A stretch of 46,777 nucleotides of DNA from Rickettsiales bacterium (GCA_033763375.1 JANRKR010000056.1:1-46777), one strand, 5' to 3'. Counted from the stretch's first letter, positions 11,030-21,682 are shown. The notes: a model not told the origin generated them from the letters alone. Made by a program: numbers and translations.

Positions 11030-11114
11030 CCCGTATATACCTTTAACACGGGCGGGGTTTCCCACAAGCGTGGGGCGCGACTCGCGTGCGCGTTGCCGAA
11101 TCCCCAAAGGGATA
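11030..11114. repeat. GC-rich multi-hairpin intergenic element (family shared with 38935-38971)
   Basis: Stems CCCGT/ACGGG (11030-11052), CCCAC-AAGC-GTGGG (11061-11074), CGCGAC-TCGC-GT(G)CGCG (11076-11092), TCCC-CAAA-GGGA (11101-11112); imperfect outer IR TATACCTTT/AAAGGGATA. Confidence 0.65.
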
Positions 11115-11130
11115 AAGCTTAAATTAATTC

Positions 11131-11676
11131 TTAGATATCGACCAGTATTACGTAAACTGGTACCGCGGGAAAATGTCGTTTTAATCTTTCAATATCATAA
11201 ACTAGCTGCTCCCCATAAGAAACTCCGCTAGACATTTGTTGTTGTAAATTATGGCAAGGAACTATTTCAACTCCGACATCAGCCTTGTTTTCATTAAAGA
11301 AATATTGAAATTTTGCCATATCATAAAACATAAAAGCATATTTGCCGAACTGTACTTCAACCAACACTTTTTCTTTTACAAAATCAATTTGTTTGAAAGA
11401 GCCTTTTATTATTTTTTGATAATTTGGAATTTTAATATCGTAAGTATCTCGTAATTCTTTATAACCTTTTTTATTAAATTGATCTTTAAATTTTTTATTA
11501 AGCTCAACTGGCGAATAAAGCATCTCGCCAGACATGGTTTTTTCTTTGCTAATTTTATTTTTTTCTATTTTTTTTATGGAAAAAATAGAATCTTTGATTT
11601 CTTTGTAAATTTTTGGGTGATCGACTTGAAGGATTTGTTTTCCGCCAAGATGAGAATATTCATAAATAATTTTCAT
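11131..11676 (-). CDS. Type II restriction endonuclease, BglII/BstYI family
   Basis: N-terminal MKIIYEYSHLGG and catalytic segment QIDFVKEKVLVEVQFGKYAFMFYD (D...E-V-Q signature of BglII/BstYI enzymes); overlaps the methyltransferase 3' end. Start placed at the internal ATG (the ORF track starts at 11688). Confidence 0.85.
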   Translation of the reverse strand: MKIIYEYSHLGGKQILQVDHPKIYKEIKDSIFSIKKIEKNKISKEKTMSGEMLYSPVELNKKFKDQFNKKGYKELRDTYDIKIPNYQKIIKGSFKQIDFVKEKVLVEVQFGKYAFMFYDMAKFQYFFNENKADVGVEIVPCHNLQQQMSSGVSYGEQLVYDIERLKRHFPAVPVYVILVDI

Positions 11677-12547
11677 ATCTTTTATCAAACAGATCGTTTT
11701 GTTTTATAATCAAAGGCTCTTTATATATCTCTTTTTTCATAGACCTAATTTTTGCTTCATCATTGAGTGCTGACTCTATTCTTTTTTTTGCAATTTTAAT
11801 GTATTTATTTTCTATCTCAGAGCCAGCGCATCGTCTTTTGTGAATTAACGCTGCAACAAAAGTTGTTCCAGAACCAGCAAATGGGTCTAAAACTAAATCA
11901 TCAGTTTTTGTCATTGATAAAATTAGTCTTTCAACCAGCTCAACAGGAAATTGGCAAGGGTGACTGGTTTTTTCGACATGATTATTTTTTACATTTGGTA
12001 TTTCCCAAATATCAGACGGATTTTTGCCAAGTGGATTACAAGATAGCTGACCTTTTTTTAAGCCTTTGAAGTATTTTTTATTAGGATATTTCTGAGGAAT
12101 TCTTATTGGGTCAAGATTAAAAAAATAGTTTTTTGTTTTAGTGAACCAGTTTATTGTTTCGTAGCGTCCAGAAAGTCTTTTTTGGGCATGAAGACCATGA
12201 CCAAAATGCCATATTATTCTGTTTCTCATTTGCATACCAAGTTCAGAAAATATTGGATAGATCAATGTGTCTATAGGAATTATTTGTCCTGAATCAATAT
12301 AATTGCCAACCTGCCAGCAAATACTTCCTTCATCTTTTAAAATTCTATGGCACTCGCCTATTACTTTTTTTTGAAACTCTAAATATTTTTCTATTTTAAT
12401 CTTTTTTTCATATTCTTTTCCAACATTGTAAGGCGGAGAAGTAACTACTAGCTGAGTCGATTTGTCTGGAATTTTTTTTAAAAAATCCAGGCAATCTCCT
12501 TCGTAAAGAGTAACGATATTTTTATAAGAAAAATTTTCGTAAATCAT
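11660..12547 (-). CDS. Site-specific DNA methyltransferase, N4/N6 family, beta class (probably m4C)
   Basis: GDCL, motif IV VTSPPYN before motif I LDPFAGSGTT, GKNPSDIW, HPCQFPVELVERLI. Confidence 0.93.
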   Translation of the reverse strand: MIYENFSYKNIVTLYEGDCLDFLKKIPDKSTQLVVTSPPYNVGKEYEKKIKIEKYLEFQKKVIGECHRILKDEGSICWQVGNYIDSGQIIPIDTLIYPIFSELGMQMRNRIIWHFGHGLHAQKRLSGRYETINWFTKTKNYFFNLDPIRIPQKYPNKKYFKGLKKGQLSCNPLGKNPSDIWEIPNVKNNHVEKTSHPCQFPVELVERLILSMTKTDDLVLDPFAGSGTTFVAALIHKRRCAGSEIENKYIKIAKKRIESALNDEAKIRSMKKEIYKEPLIIKQNDLFDKRYENYL

Positions 12548-14356
12548 TTAATAAACCCGTTTTTTTGGAGGAAAAGCCTGAACATCGTTGCTCAAAGGCT
12601 TTAGAACCACTTCGCGATAATCGATTTTGGTTTTTCCTGCATTATCGCACCACATGATTGAATGTTTTAGCCAGTTTTCGTCATCACGATCTTTAAAGTC
12701 GTCGCGCGCTTGTGCACCGCGGCTTTCTTTACGATTCAGAGCGCAAGCAATTGTAACCAAAGCTTGCGAACGTAAATTATCAAGTTCAAGTGCTTCAATT
12801 AAATCGCTATTCCAAATAAGACCGCGATCTTCGATTTTAAGATCTGCAAAACTTGCAAAAATATCATGCATTTTTTCTAAGCCTTTTTTCATTGAATCTT
12901 CAACTCTAAAAACTGCGGCGTGACTTTGCATACAATGTTGCATTTCGCTTCTGATTTTGGCGGTAGAATTTTTACCATTTGAATTTCTGATTTTATCAAA
13001 TCTTTGTAGTGATTCTTCGCCGGCATTGGCTTGAAGTTCAGCTTGCGTAGCGTTTGGTTTAACAATTTCAGCAGCGCGAATTGCAGCAGCGCGACCAAAA
13101 ACCACTAAATCCAGAAGTGAGTTTGAGCCCAAACGATTAGCGCCGTGAACCGAAACACAAGCTGCTTCGCCAATTGCCATAAGTCCTGGAACAATTTCAG
13201 TTTTGCCATTTTTAACGGTTAAAACTTCAGCCTTAAAATTAGTTGGAATACCGCCCATATTATAGTGAACCGTTGGCAGAACCGGAATTGGTTGTTTGGT
13301 AACGTCAACGCCAGCAAAGATTTTAGCGGTTTCAGAAATGCCAGGAAGTCTTTCGTGAAGAACTTTTGGATCTAGATGATTTAAGTGTAAATAAATGTGA
13401 TCTTTTTTAGGACCAACGCCGCGTCCAGCAAGAATTTCCATGGTCATAGCGCGTGAAACTACGTCACGACTGGCTAAATCTTTGGCACTTGGTGCGTAGC
13501 GTTCCATAAATCTTTCACCTTCAGAATTAACTAAATAGCCACCTTCGCCGCGCGCACCTTCAGTAATTAAGCAGCCCGAGCCATAAACTCCGGTTGGATG
13601 AAATTGCACAAATTCCATATCTTGTAGCGGCAAGCCAGCGCGTAAAACCATGGCATTGCCGTCACCGGTGCAAGTGTGCGCCGAAGTAGCAGAAAAATAA
13701 GCGCGACCATAACCGCCAGTTGCAAGAATAACTAATTGACCTTTGAAACGATGAATTGAGCCATCAACCATTGAAAAAGCTGTAACGCCGCGGCAAATTC
13801 CATTTTCCATAATCAAATCAAGCGCGAAATATTCGATAAAAAATTGGGCGTTATGTTTTAGCGATTGTTGATAAAGCGTGTGTAAGATTGCATGTCCGGT
13901 GCGATCAGCTGCGGCGCAAGTTCTTTGTGCGGGTCCGCCTTCGCCGTATTTTTTGGTCATGCCGCCAAAAGGACGTTGATAAATTTTACCGTCCCCGGTG
14001 CGAGAAAAAGGCACGCCGTAATGTTCAAGTTCAATGATTGCATCAATTGCTTCGCGACACATATATTCAATTGCATCTTGGTCGCCCAACCAGTCAGAAC
14101 CTTTGATGGTGTCATACATATGCCAGCGCCAGTCGTCTTCACCCATATTTCCTAAAGCGGCAGAAATTCCACCTTGCGCTGCAACAGTGTGCGAGCGAGT
14201 TGGAAACACTTTTGAAATGCAAGCAGTTGAAAGACCTTTTTGTGCCATACCAAAAGTAGCGCGAAGTCCAGCGCCGCCAGCGCCAACAACGATCACATCA
14301 AATTCATGGTCAATAATATTATAATTTGCGATTTTTGTCTCTGTCATTTTATCCAA
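12548..14356 (-). CDS. sdhA: Succinate dehydrogenase flavoprotein subunit
   Basis: [51 protein letters not shown]. Confidence 0.98.
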   Translation of the reverse strand: MDKMTETKIANYNIIDHEFDVIVVGAGGAGLRATFGMAQKGLSTACISKVFPTRSHTVAAQGGISAALGNMGEDDWRWHMYDTIKGSDWLGDQDAIEYMCREAIDAIIELEHYGVPFSRTGDGKIYQRPFGGMTKKYGEGGPAQRTCAAADRTGHAILHTLYQQSLKHNAQFFIEYFALDLIMENGICRGVTAFSMVDGSIHRFKGQLVILATGGYGRAYFSATSAHTCTGDGNAMVLRAGLPLQDMEFVQFHPTGVYGSGCLITEGARGEGGYLVNSEGERFMERYAPSAKDLASRDVVSRAMTMEILAGRGVGPKKDHIYLHLNHLDPKVLHERLPGISETAKIFAGVDVTKQPIPVLPTVHYNMGGIPTNFKAEVLTVKNGKTEIVPGLMAIGEAACVSVHGANRLGSNSLLDLVVFGRAAAIRAAEIVKPNATQAELQANAGEESLQRFDKIRNSNGKNSTAKIRSEMQHCMQSHAAVFRVEDSMKKGLEKMHDIFASFADLKIEDRGLIWNSDLIEALELDNLRSQALVTIACALNRKESRGAQARDDFKDRDDENWLKHSIMWCDNAGKTKIDYREVVLKPLSNDVQAFPPKKRVY

Positions 14357-14708
14357 TTAAATGAAGTCTAACAATTGCGATCACTGCTGCCACTGCAGTT
14401 GCAATTGAAATAAAGTGAATAAGCATAATTAAAAAATGCATAGTGGTTTTGTTGGAAACGTAATCTTCAATGATCACGCGCATTCCAAGCGAACCATGAT
14501 AAAGCGAAGTAGTAATTAGTAAAATTCCGGCAACAGCGTTGATTGGATAAGCGAAAAAAACTGGTAAATAACCTTGCGGATCTTCGGCAATTTTTATGAA
14601 AGAAAGTACAAACCAAATTATTAGAGGAATTAGCGCGATTGCTGAAACTCTTTGAGTAAGCCAGTGATGAGCGCCAGTTTTGGTTGATGGAGCAATTTTA
14701 ATTTTCAT
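14349..14708 (-). CDS. sdhD: Succinate dehydrogenase hydrophobic membrane anchor
   Basis: [26 protein letters not shown]; three hydrophobic helices; operon position. Confidence 0.93.
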   Translation of the reverse strand: MKIKIAPSTKTGAHHWLTQRVSAIALIPLIIWFVLSFIKIAEDPQGYLPVFFAYPINAVAGILLITTSLYHGSLGMRVIIEDYVSNKTTMHFLIMLIHFISIATAVAAVIAIVRLHLIG

Positions 14709-14710
14709 GA

Positions 14711-15190
14711 TTAAGACATTTTAAGATAAAGCACCGTGCCAATTGAAAGAATGGTTAGGATGATAGATAAAATAATTACTAAAATGCCATTGCGCTTTGC
14801 GGTTGCAATTTCAAAGCCTTTGCCCAAATCCCAAAATAAATGACGAATGCCATTACATAAATGGTAATAAAGCGCAAAAGTAATAAAAATTATTGCGCCC
14901 CAAAAGCCGTAATTAATAATTTGAGTGATTGGACAATTACAAGTTTCCGCAGCCTCAGAAACATTGGTTTTATAAGTATAAAAAACTATGAACCACGAAA
15001 ATGCTAGAACTGATAAATATAAGCCAATGCCGGTGAAGCGATGTAAAATTGAAGTGAATGAAGAAATATTCCAGCTATATATTTGAATGTGTGGCGAAGT
15101 TGGTCTTTTGGTTGATCTTTTGTTGGTTTCGCTCATATTATTTTTTTTATCAGACATTATTTTTGTAAATTTTAGGTACGATTTTGGCAA
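14711..15190 (-). CDS. sdhC: Succinate dehydrogenase cytochrome b556 subunit (true start probably at a downstream Met)
   Basis: RPTSPHIQIY, SILHRFTG, YHLCNGIRHLFWDLG. Confidence 0.93.
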   Translation of the reverse strand: MPKSYLKFTKIMSDKKNNMSETNKRSTKRPTSPHIQIYSWNISSFTSILHRFTGIGLYLSVLAFSWFIVFYTYKTNVSEAAETCNCPITQIINYGFWGAIIFITFALYYHLCNGIRHLFWDLGKGFEIATAKRNGILVIILSIILTILSIGTVLYLKMS

Positions 15191-15273
15191 AAAATTTGTT
15201 TCTATATTTAAAAACTGCTGCCAGTCTTTACAACCAATTTTTGTAAATTCTTTAAAAAATTTTCACACGAATC

Positions 15274-16263
15274 ATGACTAAAAAAGCTTTAATCACCGGA
15301 ATCACCGGTCAGGACGGATCATACTTGGCTGAATTTTTACTTGCCAAAGGTTACGAAGTTCACGGCGTAATTCGCAGATCAAGCAGCTTTAATACTGATC
15401 GCATCGATCATCTTTATAATGATACTAAAATTTCGGGCGTAAAACTTTTTTTGCATTATGGCGATTTGGCGGATGCTTCTAACATGTCGCGTTTGCTGGA
15501 AAAAATTGTTCCTGATGAAGTTTATAATTTAGCGGCGCAAAGTCATGTTAAAGTAAGTTTTGATATTCCGGAATATACAACCGATGTTGATGCAACTGGA
15601 GCGTGCAGAATTCTTGATGCGATAAAAGATACGCGCATCAAAACTAAATTTTATCAAGCTTCATCAAGTGAAATGTTTGGCAAAGTGCAAGAAATTCCGC
15701 AAAAAGAATCAACGCCATTTTATCCACGCAGCCCTTATGCTTGCGCTAAACTTTATGCACATTGGTTGACGGTTAATTATCGCGAAAGCTACGGAATTTT
15801 TGCTTGCAGCGGCATTTTATTTAATCATGAATCGCCAAGAAGAGGCGAAACTTTTGTAACGCGTAAAATAACCCGCGGTCTTGCTGATATTATGGCAAAA
15901 AAATCATCTAAACTTTATCTAGGAAATCTTGATGCCAAGCGTGATTGGGGTTTTGCTGGCGATTATGTTGAAGCGATGTGGTTAATGTTACAAGAGCCTG
16001 AAGCTGACGATTATGTTATTGCCACTGGCGAAACTTATTCAGTTAAAGAATTTCTTGATGAAGCTTTTGGAATTGTTGGTTTAGATTGGCAAAAATATGT
16101 TGAAATTAGTGAAAAATATTTTCGTCCTGCCGAAGTTGATTTATTGATTGGCGATTCTTCCAAAGCCAGAAAAAAACTGGGCTGGAAGCCAAAAGTAAAT
16201 TTTAAACAATTAGTTAAAATGATGGTAGAAGCTGATTTAGCAAAAGTTGGAATTAAAATTTAA
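15274..16263 (+). CDS. gmd: GDP-mannose 4,6-dehydratase
   Basis: [66 protein letters not shown]. Confidence 0.97.
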   Translation: MTKKALITGITGQDGSYLAEFLLAKGYEVHGVIRRSSSFNTDRIDHLYNDTKISGVKLFLHYGDLADASNMSRLLEKIVPDEVYNLAAQSHVKVSFDIPEYTTDVDATGACRILDAIKDTRIKTKFYQASSSEMFGKVQEIPQKESTPFYPRSPYACAKLYAHWLTVNYRESYGIFACSGILFNHESPRRGETFVTRKITRGLADIMAKKSSKLYLGNLDAKRDWGFAGDYVEAMWLMLQEPEADDYVIATGETYSVKEFLDEAFGIVGLDWQKYVEISEKYFRPAEVDLLIGDSSKARKKLGWKPKVNFKQLVKMMVEADLAKVGIKI

Positions 16264-16268
16264 TTTAA

Positions 16269-16724
16269 ATGGCACGAATAATTTTTGGTCTTGGATCAAA
16301 TCTTGGCGATCGAAAAAACTATCTAACACAAGCGCTTAAAAAACTTGAAGATCAACTGGCGCTTAAAAATATCAAACAATCAAAAATATTAAAAAATCCG
16401 GCGTTGCTTTTGCCAAATTCACCAATTCAGTGGAATCAAGAATTTTTTAATCAAGCCATTTCAGCCGATATTGATTTAGAAAAATTTTCACCACTAAAAA
16501 TTTTAAAAATTATTAAAGAAATTGAAAAAAGCTTGGGACGACAAAAGCTAGAAAAATGGGCGCCGCGAGAAATTGATATTGATATTTTGTTAATTGAAAA
16601 TCTGGTTATTAATATTGCTGACGAATTAATTATTCCTCACGCGCAAATTTTTAATCGCGATTTTGTAATTCAAAACATAACTGAAATTGAGCCAAATTGG
16701 CGTAGTTGGAATACTAGCTGGTAA
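16269..16724 (+). CDS. folK: 2-amino-4-hydroxy-6-hydroxymethyldihydropteridine diphosphokinase
   Basis: GLGSNLGDR, FFNQA, IEKSLGR, WAPREIDIDILL, IPH...RDFV. Confidence 0.92.
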   Translation: MARIIFGLGSNLGDRKNYLTQALKKLEDQLALKNIKQSKILKNPALLLPNSPIQWNQEFFNQAISADIDLEKFSPLKILKIIKEIEKSLGRQKLEKWAPREIDIDILLIENLVINIADELIIPHAQIFNRDFVIQNITEIEPNWRSWNTSW

Positions 16725-17598
16725 GTGGAACTCCCCATTTTCTACTTAAATATGATTCAATTGCTGATCTTTCGTCATTTTTTAAAGCGCGATTATAAAT
16801 TATTATTTCGCCAATATAGCCCAAAAAATAATCGGTTGTAGTATTGCTGCGACCTAAGTAAAAAGTTGCTGATTGTGATACCGGTAAAATATAGCTAGCG
16901 GCTGATCTTAGAATTTGGGTTCCATCAACTTTAATGTCACTAAAACCATCGGAAGAGTGAGAAAAAGATAAAATTTTAGGATTATTGTGAAAATTGTTAG
17001 TCACCGCAGTATTTATTCTGGCGCTAGCTCCAAAATCAAAATATATAGTTCCATTATGAGGTGAGTGAATTACCAGCCTTGGCGCATTAACATTCCAACA
17101 TATTGCTGTGGTAGTTGTAGTAGAAGTAGTAGTTGATTTTTGTAAAATAAAAATAGTGGTTTGATCAGAGCTAAATAAGCTAGAACCTAAAACGTTAGTG
17201 TTTTGTAGATATTGATTGGAGGTGTTATTAAAATTTAATGCTGGAAGTCCGTTAATTGCGCTTTTAGTGTAAGTTGGTTGATTGCCGATGGTTGATTGCG
17301 ATACGTTGGTTTTTTCATAAGTTCTTTGATCGTTTAAGTCATACCAATCAGAAACTTTTGTTCCATCGCTATCTTGTCCAGTTGGAAAAGCTCTTTCCGA
17401 AGTGGCATCTAACCATAATGACAAGCCGCTTATACCAAGAACCGGCGCACTATTGCTTAAAGTTCTGGCGGTACTTAATTTGAACTTACTAATCAAAGCA
17501 CTTCCCGAAGTAATTCCAGCAATCAAGATTCCGATGATTAAAATTACTATTGATAATTCGATTAAAGAAAACGCTTTATTGATAATTTTTTTATTCAT
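16714..17598 (-). CDS. Prepilin-type N-terminal cleavage/methylation protein with a LamG/ConA-like C-terminal domain
   Basis: KA|FSLIELSIVILIIGILIAG class III signal with Glu5; LSLWLDA, VSDWYDL, QPTY...AINGLPALNF and GYIGEIIIYNRAL...IESYLSRKWG resemble LamG-like jellyroll domains. Confidence 0.8.
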   Translation of the reverse strand: MNKKIINKAFSLIELSIVILIIGILIAGITSGSALISKFKLSTARTLSNSAPVLGISGLSLWLDATSERAFPTGQDSDGTKVSDWYDLNDQRTYEKTNVSQSTIGNQPTYTKSAINGLPALNFNNTSNQYLQNTNVLGSSLFSSDQTTIFILQKSTTTSTTTTTAICWNVNAPRLVIHSPHNGTIYFDFGASARINTAVTNNFHNNPKILSFSHSSDGFSDIKVDGTQILRSAASYILPVSQSATFYLGRSNTTTDYFLGYIGEIIIYNRALKNDERSAIESYLSRKWGVPLTS

Positions 17599-17729
17599 TT
17601 TTTATTAATTTGTATTCTATGGATATTTTAATATTGCTGCTTTCTTAATTAGAAAAATTTGTATTTTTTAGTATAAAAAGAATTTTTTGAATAAAGATTT
17701 ACTTATTGAAAATATTAAAAATATTAAAA

Positions 17730-19133
17730 ATGAACCAAAATATTCCTGAATTTAGTGTTAGTGAATTTTCGCGTGCTATCAAAAATTTAATTGAAGATGC
17801 GTTTGGTTATTTGCGTATTAAAGGCGAAATTTCTGGCTTGAAACGCGCAACTTCAGGACATCTTTATTTTAATTTAAAAGATGAAGATGGATCGCTTTCA
17901 GCGGTTTGTTTTCGTGGCGCTGCAGCAAATATTAATTTTGAAATTGCTGATGGTTTGCAAGTTTGCGCTTCTGGAAAAATTACCACTTTTGCTGATCGTT
18001 CAAATTATCAGATAATTGTTGAAAAGCTTGAAATAGCTGGAATTGGTGCCATTTTAGAAATGCTAGAAAAGCGGCGCCAAAAATTAATCGCTGAAGGTTT
18101 ATTTGACGAAATTCACAAAAAACCAATTCCATTTTTCCCCAAAATTATCGGCGTAATAACCTCGCCAACGGGCGCTGTTATTGAAGATATTAAACATCGT
18201 ATTGAAGCGCGTTGTCCAACTTCTATTAAACTTTATCCAAGTTTGGTTCAAGGCGAAAAATCTGCCGGTGAAATTATTTTAGGCATAAAATTTTTTAACA
18301 AATTAAAAAAAGAAGATCGTCCTGAAGTTATTATTATCGCGCGTGGCGGCGGATCTTTCGAAGATTTAATGCCGTTTAATGATGAAAATTTGGTGCGCGC
18401 AGTTTTTGCTTCAGGAATTCCAGTTATTTCTGCGATTGGTCACGAAACTGATACAACGTTAATTGATTATGTCGCTGATTTACGTGCTCCAACACCAACT
18501 GCAGCGGCAGAATTAGCGACACCAATTTTGATTGATTTAAAAAATAATCTAAAATTTTTTGACGAGCGTTTAAATTTTTTAGCGCAAAATTTTTTGGATG
18601 AAAAATTAAATCATTTAAAAAATTTGCAAAAATATATTGTCGATCCGCTTAGAATCTTAGAGCAAATTCAACAAAAATTTTTAGCTTTGGAAAAAAATTT
18701 AACTATTACCGCAAATAATTTTTTTGTTGCTAAAAGCCAAAAACTATCTGCCTTACCAACTTCCACTAATTTAATTTTTCATCAAATAAAAATAGCTGAA
18801 CAAAAAATTGAACATAGTTTAAGTCTTTTAAAATCAAGATCGGAGAGTTTCTTAAAAAATGAAAATATTCGTTTAGAAAATTTAATAAAACTTTTAAAAG
18901 CTCAGCATTATCGAGAAATTTTAAAGCGCGGATTTGCTTTAATAAAAAATGAAAAAGGTCAGATAATTTCTGCAATCAATCAAATTAAAACTAAAGAAAA
19001 AATTATTACCGAAATTGCTGATGGCGAATTTACCTCTTACATATTAAGCCTTGATAATAGAGCTTTTGCAGCAGAAGAAAAGGTGCCAGAAAAAAAGATC
19101 AATGACGAAATCATTCAACCAAAATTTATTTAA
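17730..19133 (+). CDS. xseA: Exodeoxyribonuclease VII large subunit
   Basis: IKGEIS, SGHLYFNLKD, IGVITSPTGAVIEDI, IIARGGGSFEDL, SAIGHETD, RAPTPTAAAE. Confidence 0.97.
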   Translation: MNQNIPEFSVSEFSRAIKNLIEDAFGYLRIKGEISGLKRATSGHLYFNLKDEDGSLSAVCFRGAAANINFEIADGLQVCASGKITTFADRSNYQIIVEKLEIAGIGAILEMLEKRRQKLIAEGLFDEIHKKPIPFFPKIIGVITSPTGAVIEDIKHRIEARCPTSIKLYPSLVQGEKSAGEIILGIKFFNKLKKEDRPEVIIIARGGGSFEDLMPFNDENLVRAVFASGIPVISAIGHETDTTLIDYVADLRAPTPTAAAELATPILIDLKNNLKFFDERLNFLAQNFLDEKLNHLKNLQKYIVDPLRILEQIQQKFLALEKNLTITANNFFVAKSQKLSALPTSTNLIFHQIKIAEQKIEHSLSLLKSRSESFLKNENIRLENLIKLLKAQHYREILKRGFALIKNEKGQIISAINQIKTKEKIITEIADGEFTSYILSLDNRAFAAEEKVPEKKINDEIIQPKFI

Positions 19134-19137
19134 TATT

Positions 19138-20115
19138 ATGCAATTTCAAACGCCGCAATTTTGGACTAAAAAAAATCTACTGTCATTTTTGCTGCTGCCT
19201 TTGAGTTGGATTTATTTTTTGGTAAGTTTGCTGTTAAGAAAAAAAAGTTATAAAATTTCCAAGCCGGTAATATGTGTTGGAAATCTTATTGCGGGCGGTT
19301 CAGGTAAAACTCCAACTGCAATTGCGCTTGGAAAAATTTTGCGTGAAATTACCATTAAAGGAAATTTTGAATTCGCTTTTTTAAGCGCTGGATATATGGG
19401 CGATGGCGCTAAATTTGTTTTACTTAATGAAGGAAAACATGTGGCAAAAAATGTTGGTGATGAGCCGATGTTATTGACGCAAACTGCTTTAACTTTTGTT
19501 GCTAAAGATCGGCTTTTTGGCGCTAAACAAATTGATAATATCAAAAAAATTAAAGCGATTATTCTTGATGACGGTATGCAAAATAATTCATTGCATAAAG
19601 ATTTAACTATTGCGGTTGTTGATGGAAAAATTGCTTTTGGTAATGGTTTTATGATTCCTGCCGGACCAATGCGTGAGCCACTAAAACTTGGTTTAAAAAA
19701 AGCTGATTTTGTAGTAGTAATTGGTGAAATGACTCCAGATTTAGAAAAAAAATTATCAGGAAAAAAAATTGTTTTAGCGCGTCTGATAACAAAAAATTTG
19801 GCTGAGTTTTCTGGTAAAAAATTATTAGCTTTTTGCGGTTTGGCTTATCCACAAAAATTTTTTACATTCTTAAAAGATTCTGATCTGGAAGTTTTGCAAG
19901 AAAAAAGTTTTCCCGATCACTATAATTATAAAATTGAAGATTTGGATAGTATCTGTAAAATAGCGCATTTGAAAGGTTTAGACTTAATCACAACCAAAAA
20001 AGATTGGGTAAAATTTCCGCCAATTTTTCAAGAAAAAATTGCTTATTTGGATGTTGAATTAGAATTTGTCGATCAAGAATTTGTTGCACAAGAATTGCGC
20101 AAAATTGTCGGCTAA
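19138..20115 (+). CDS. lpxK: Tetraacyldisaccharide 4'-kinase
   Basis: PVICVGNLIAGGSGKTP, GDEPMLL, ILDDGMQN, PAGPMREP, FPDHY, TTKKDWVK; start set at ATG 19138. Confidence 0.94.
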   Translation: MQFQTPQFWTKKNLLSFLLLPLSWIYFLVSLLLRKKSYKISKPVICVGNLIAGGSGKTPTAIALGKILREITIKGNFEFAFLSAGYMGDGAKFVLLNEGKHVAKNVGDEPMLLTQTALTFVAKDRLFGAKQIDNIKKIKAIILDDGMQNNSLHKDLTIAVVDGKIAFGNGFMIPAGPMREPLKLGLKKADFVVVIGEMTPDLEKKLSGKKIVLARLITKNLAEFSGKKLLAFCGLAYPQKFFTFLKDSDLEVLQEKSFPDHYNYKIEDLDSICKIAHLKGLDLITTKKDWVKFPPIFQEKIAYLDVELEFVDQEFVAQELRKIVG

Positions 20116-20140
20116 AAGTTTTTAAATAATATCTTGATCC

Positions 20141-21130
20141 ATGAAACTAGAATTTTATGCAAAACAAAAAAATATTGCGGATGCTTTAATTTATTTAGCG
20201 CGTAGCAACTTAAATAATCACAAATTTAAACAAAATTTGAATTTGATTAAATTAAAAATAAAAAATATCCGCTATATCGTTGAAGCTTTATTGGTAAGAT
20301 TTGGTCTGTGGTTTTTTAGTATAATTGGCTTAAATAATGCTTCAAAATTAGCGGCAAAAATTGCAGTAATTATTGGTAAAAAAATACCAGTTCATCAGCT
20401 GGCTTACAAAAATTTAAGTAATGCTTTGCCCAATTTAAATGAAATACAAAAAGAAAAAATATTAGATGACATGTGGGATAATTTAGGGCGCGTAGTTGGC
20501 GAATATCCGCATGTTGCCAGATTTAGCGAGCAAGAATTAAGAAAATTTGTCAAAATTACCGATGAAACTATCGATAATATTGCCGCGATGAAAAATGGTA
20601 AAAAAGGTGGTATAATTTTTTCTGGTCATTTTTCGAACTGGGAACTGGGACCAAAATTACTTAGCAGCTTTGGCTTAAAAGTTGGAACGGTTTATCGTCC
20701 ACTTAATAATCCTTACGTTGAAAAAATGACGGCTGCAATTCGTGGCACTGAAATGATTACTAAAAGTGCTCAAGGAAATCGTCGTATTATCGAAATCATT
20801 AAAAATGGCGGTTATGTTTTGATTATGGCTGATCAAAAAATTAGCGAAGGCGAGGCGATTCAGTTTTTTCATGATACTGCGGTGACTACAACTGCAATTG
20901 CCCGAATTGCTTTAAAATATAATGCTGCACTTATTCCTGCCAGAATTATCAGAACTGCTAAAGCTTTTGAATTTTGTGGCGAAGTTGAAAAACCTCTTGA
21001 AATTCAAAGAAGTGATAACATAAATGAAGATGTTTTTAAATTAACGCTTGCGATTAATCGTAAACTTGAAAGTTGGATTACTCAATATCCGGCTCAGTGG
21101 TTTTGGGTTCACAACCGCTGGAAAAAATAA
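20141..21130 (+). CDS. Lipid A biosynthesis acyltransferase (LpxL/HtrB family)
   Basis: SGHFSNWEL, YRPLNNP, MADQK, YPAQWFWVHNRWK; follows lpxK. Confidence 0.88.
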   Translation: MKLEFYAKQKNIADALIYLARSNLNNHKFKQNLNLIKLKIKNIRYIVEALLVRFGLWFFSIIGLNNASKLAAKIAVIIGKKIPVHQLAYKNLSNALPNLNEIQKEKILDDMWDNLGRVVGEYPHVARFSEQELRKFVKITDETIDNIAAMKNGKKGGIIFSGHFSNWELGPKLLSSFGLKVGTVYRPLNNPYVEKMTAAIRGTEMITKSAQGNRRIIEIIKNGGYVLIMADQKISEGEAIQFFHDTAVTTTAIARIALKYNAALIPARIIRTAKAFEFCGEVEKPLEIQRSDNINEDVFKLTLAINRKLESWITQYPAQWFWVHNRWKK

Positions 21131-21154
21131 ACTCCCTCAATAAAAAATAAAAAT

Positions 21155-21664
21155 ATGAAACTTAATCTTCGCACAATTCTTGTTTTGGCTCTAATTCCTT
21201 TTATTTCTTCTTGCGCCTTTTTTAATGGCAAAAAAGTTGATGTTGCAATTAATAGCACTCCGTCAGGAGCTGATGTTTTTATTGAAGGCAAAAACTATGG
21301 CAGAACTCCTTTAACTTTAAACATAGAGCCTAAGCCTTACAATGCAGTTTTGGTTAAAGAAGGTTATGGTTCGACAAATTTGAATATGGAAATTTGGTGG
21401 GGCACAATCAGAACTAACATCAATGGCGAAAGAACCGGCGACGGCACCAGATGTTTCTTGGATATGATGACTTTAATATTTTCTTTCAACATGTATAACA
21501 AAGAAAGATGCGGTGATTTTAAAGAAAAAACTTATAATGTTGTAATTCCAAAAAGTGGCAATTTTTCTAAAAACTCAACAATGAGTGTCGGACAAAATCC
21601 AGGCGATATGGTTCCTTACTATTACAATCAGGATCTGAAAAAAAATCGTGGCTTGGCAAGATAA
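21155..21664 (+). CDS. PEGA-domain lipoprotein
   Basis: Lipobox ISSC after a hydrophobic signal; INSTPSGADVFIEGKNYGRTP...LVKEGY PEGA-like motif. Confidence 0.8.
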   Translation: MKLNLRTILVLALIPFISSCAFFNGKKVDVAINSTPSGADVFIEGKNYGRTPLTLNIEPKPYNAVLVKEGYGSTNLNMEIWWGTIRTNINGERTGDGTRCFLDMMTLIFSFNMYNKERCGDFKEKTYNVVIPKSGNFSKNSTMSVGQNPGDMVPYYYNQDLKKNRGLAR

Positions 21665-21682
21665 TAGCCAAAAGTTGTAACC

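Noticed and set aside
10805-11107. 100-aa minus-strand ORF overlapping the sdhB start
   Set aside because: Starts inside the GC-rich hairpin element and runs out of frame over sdhB; no protein-like features.
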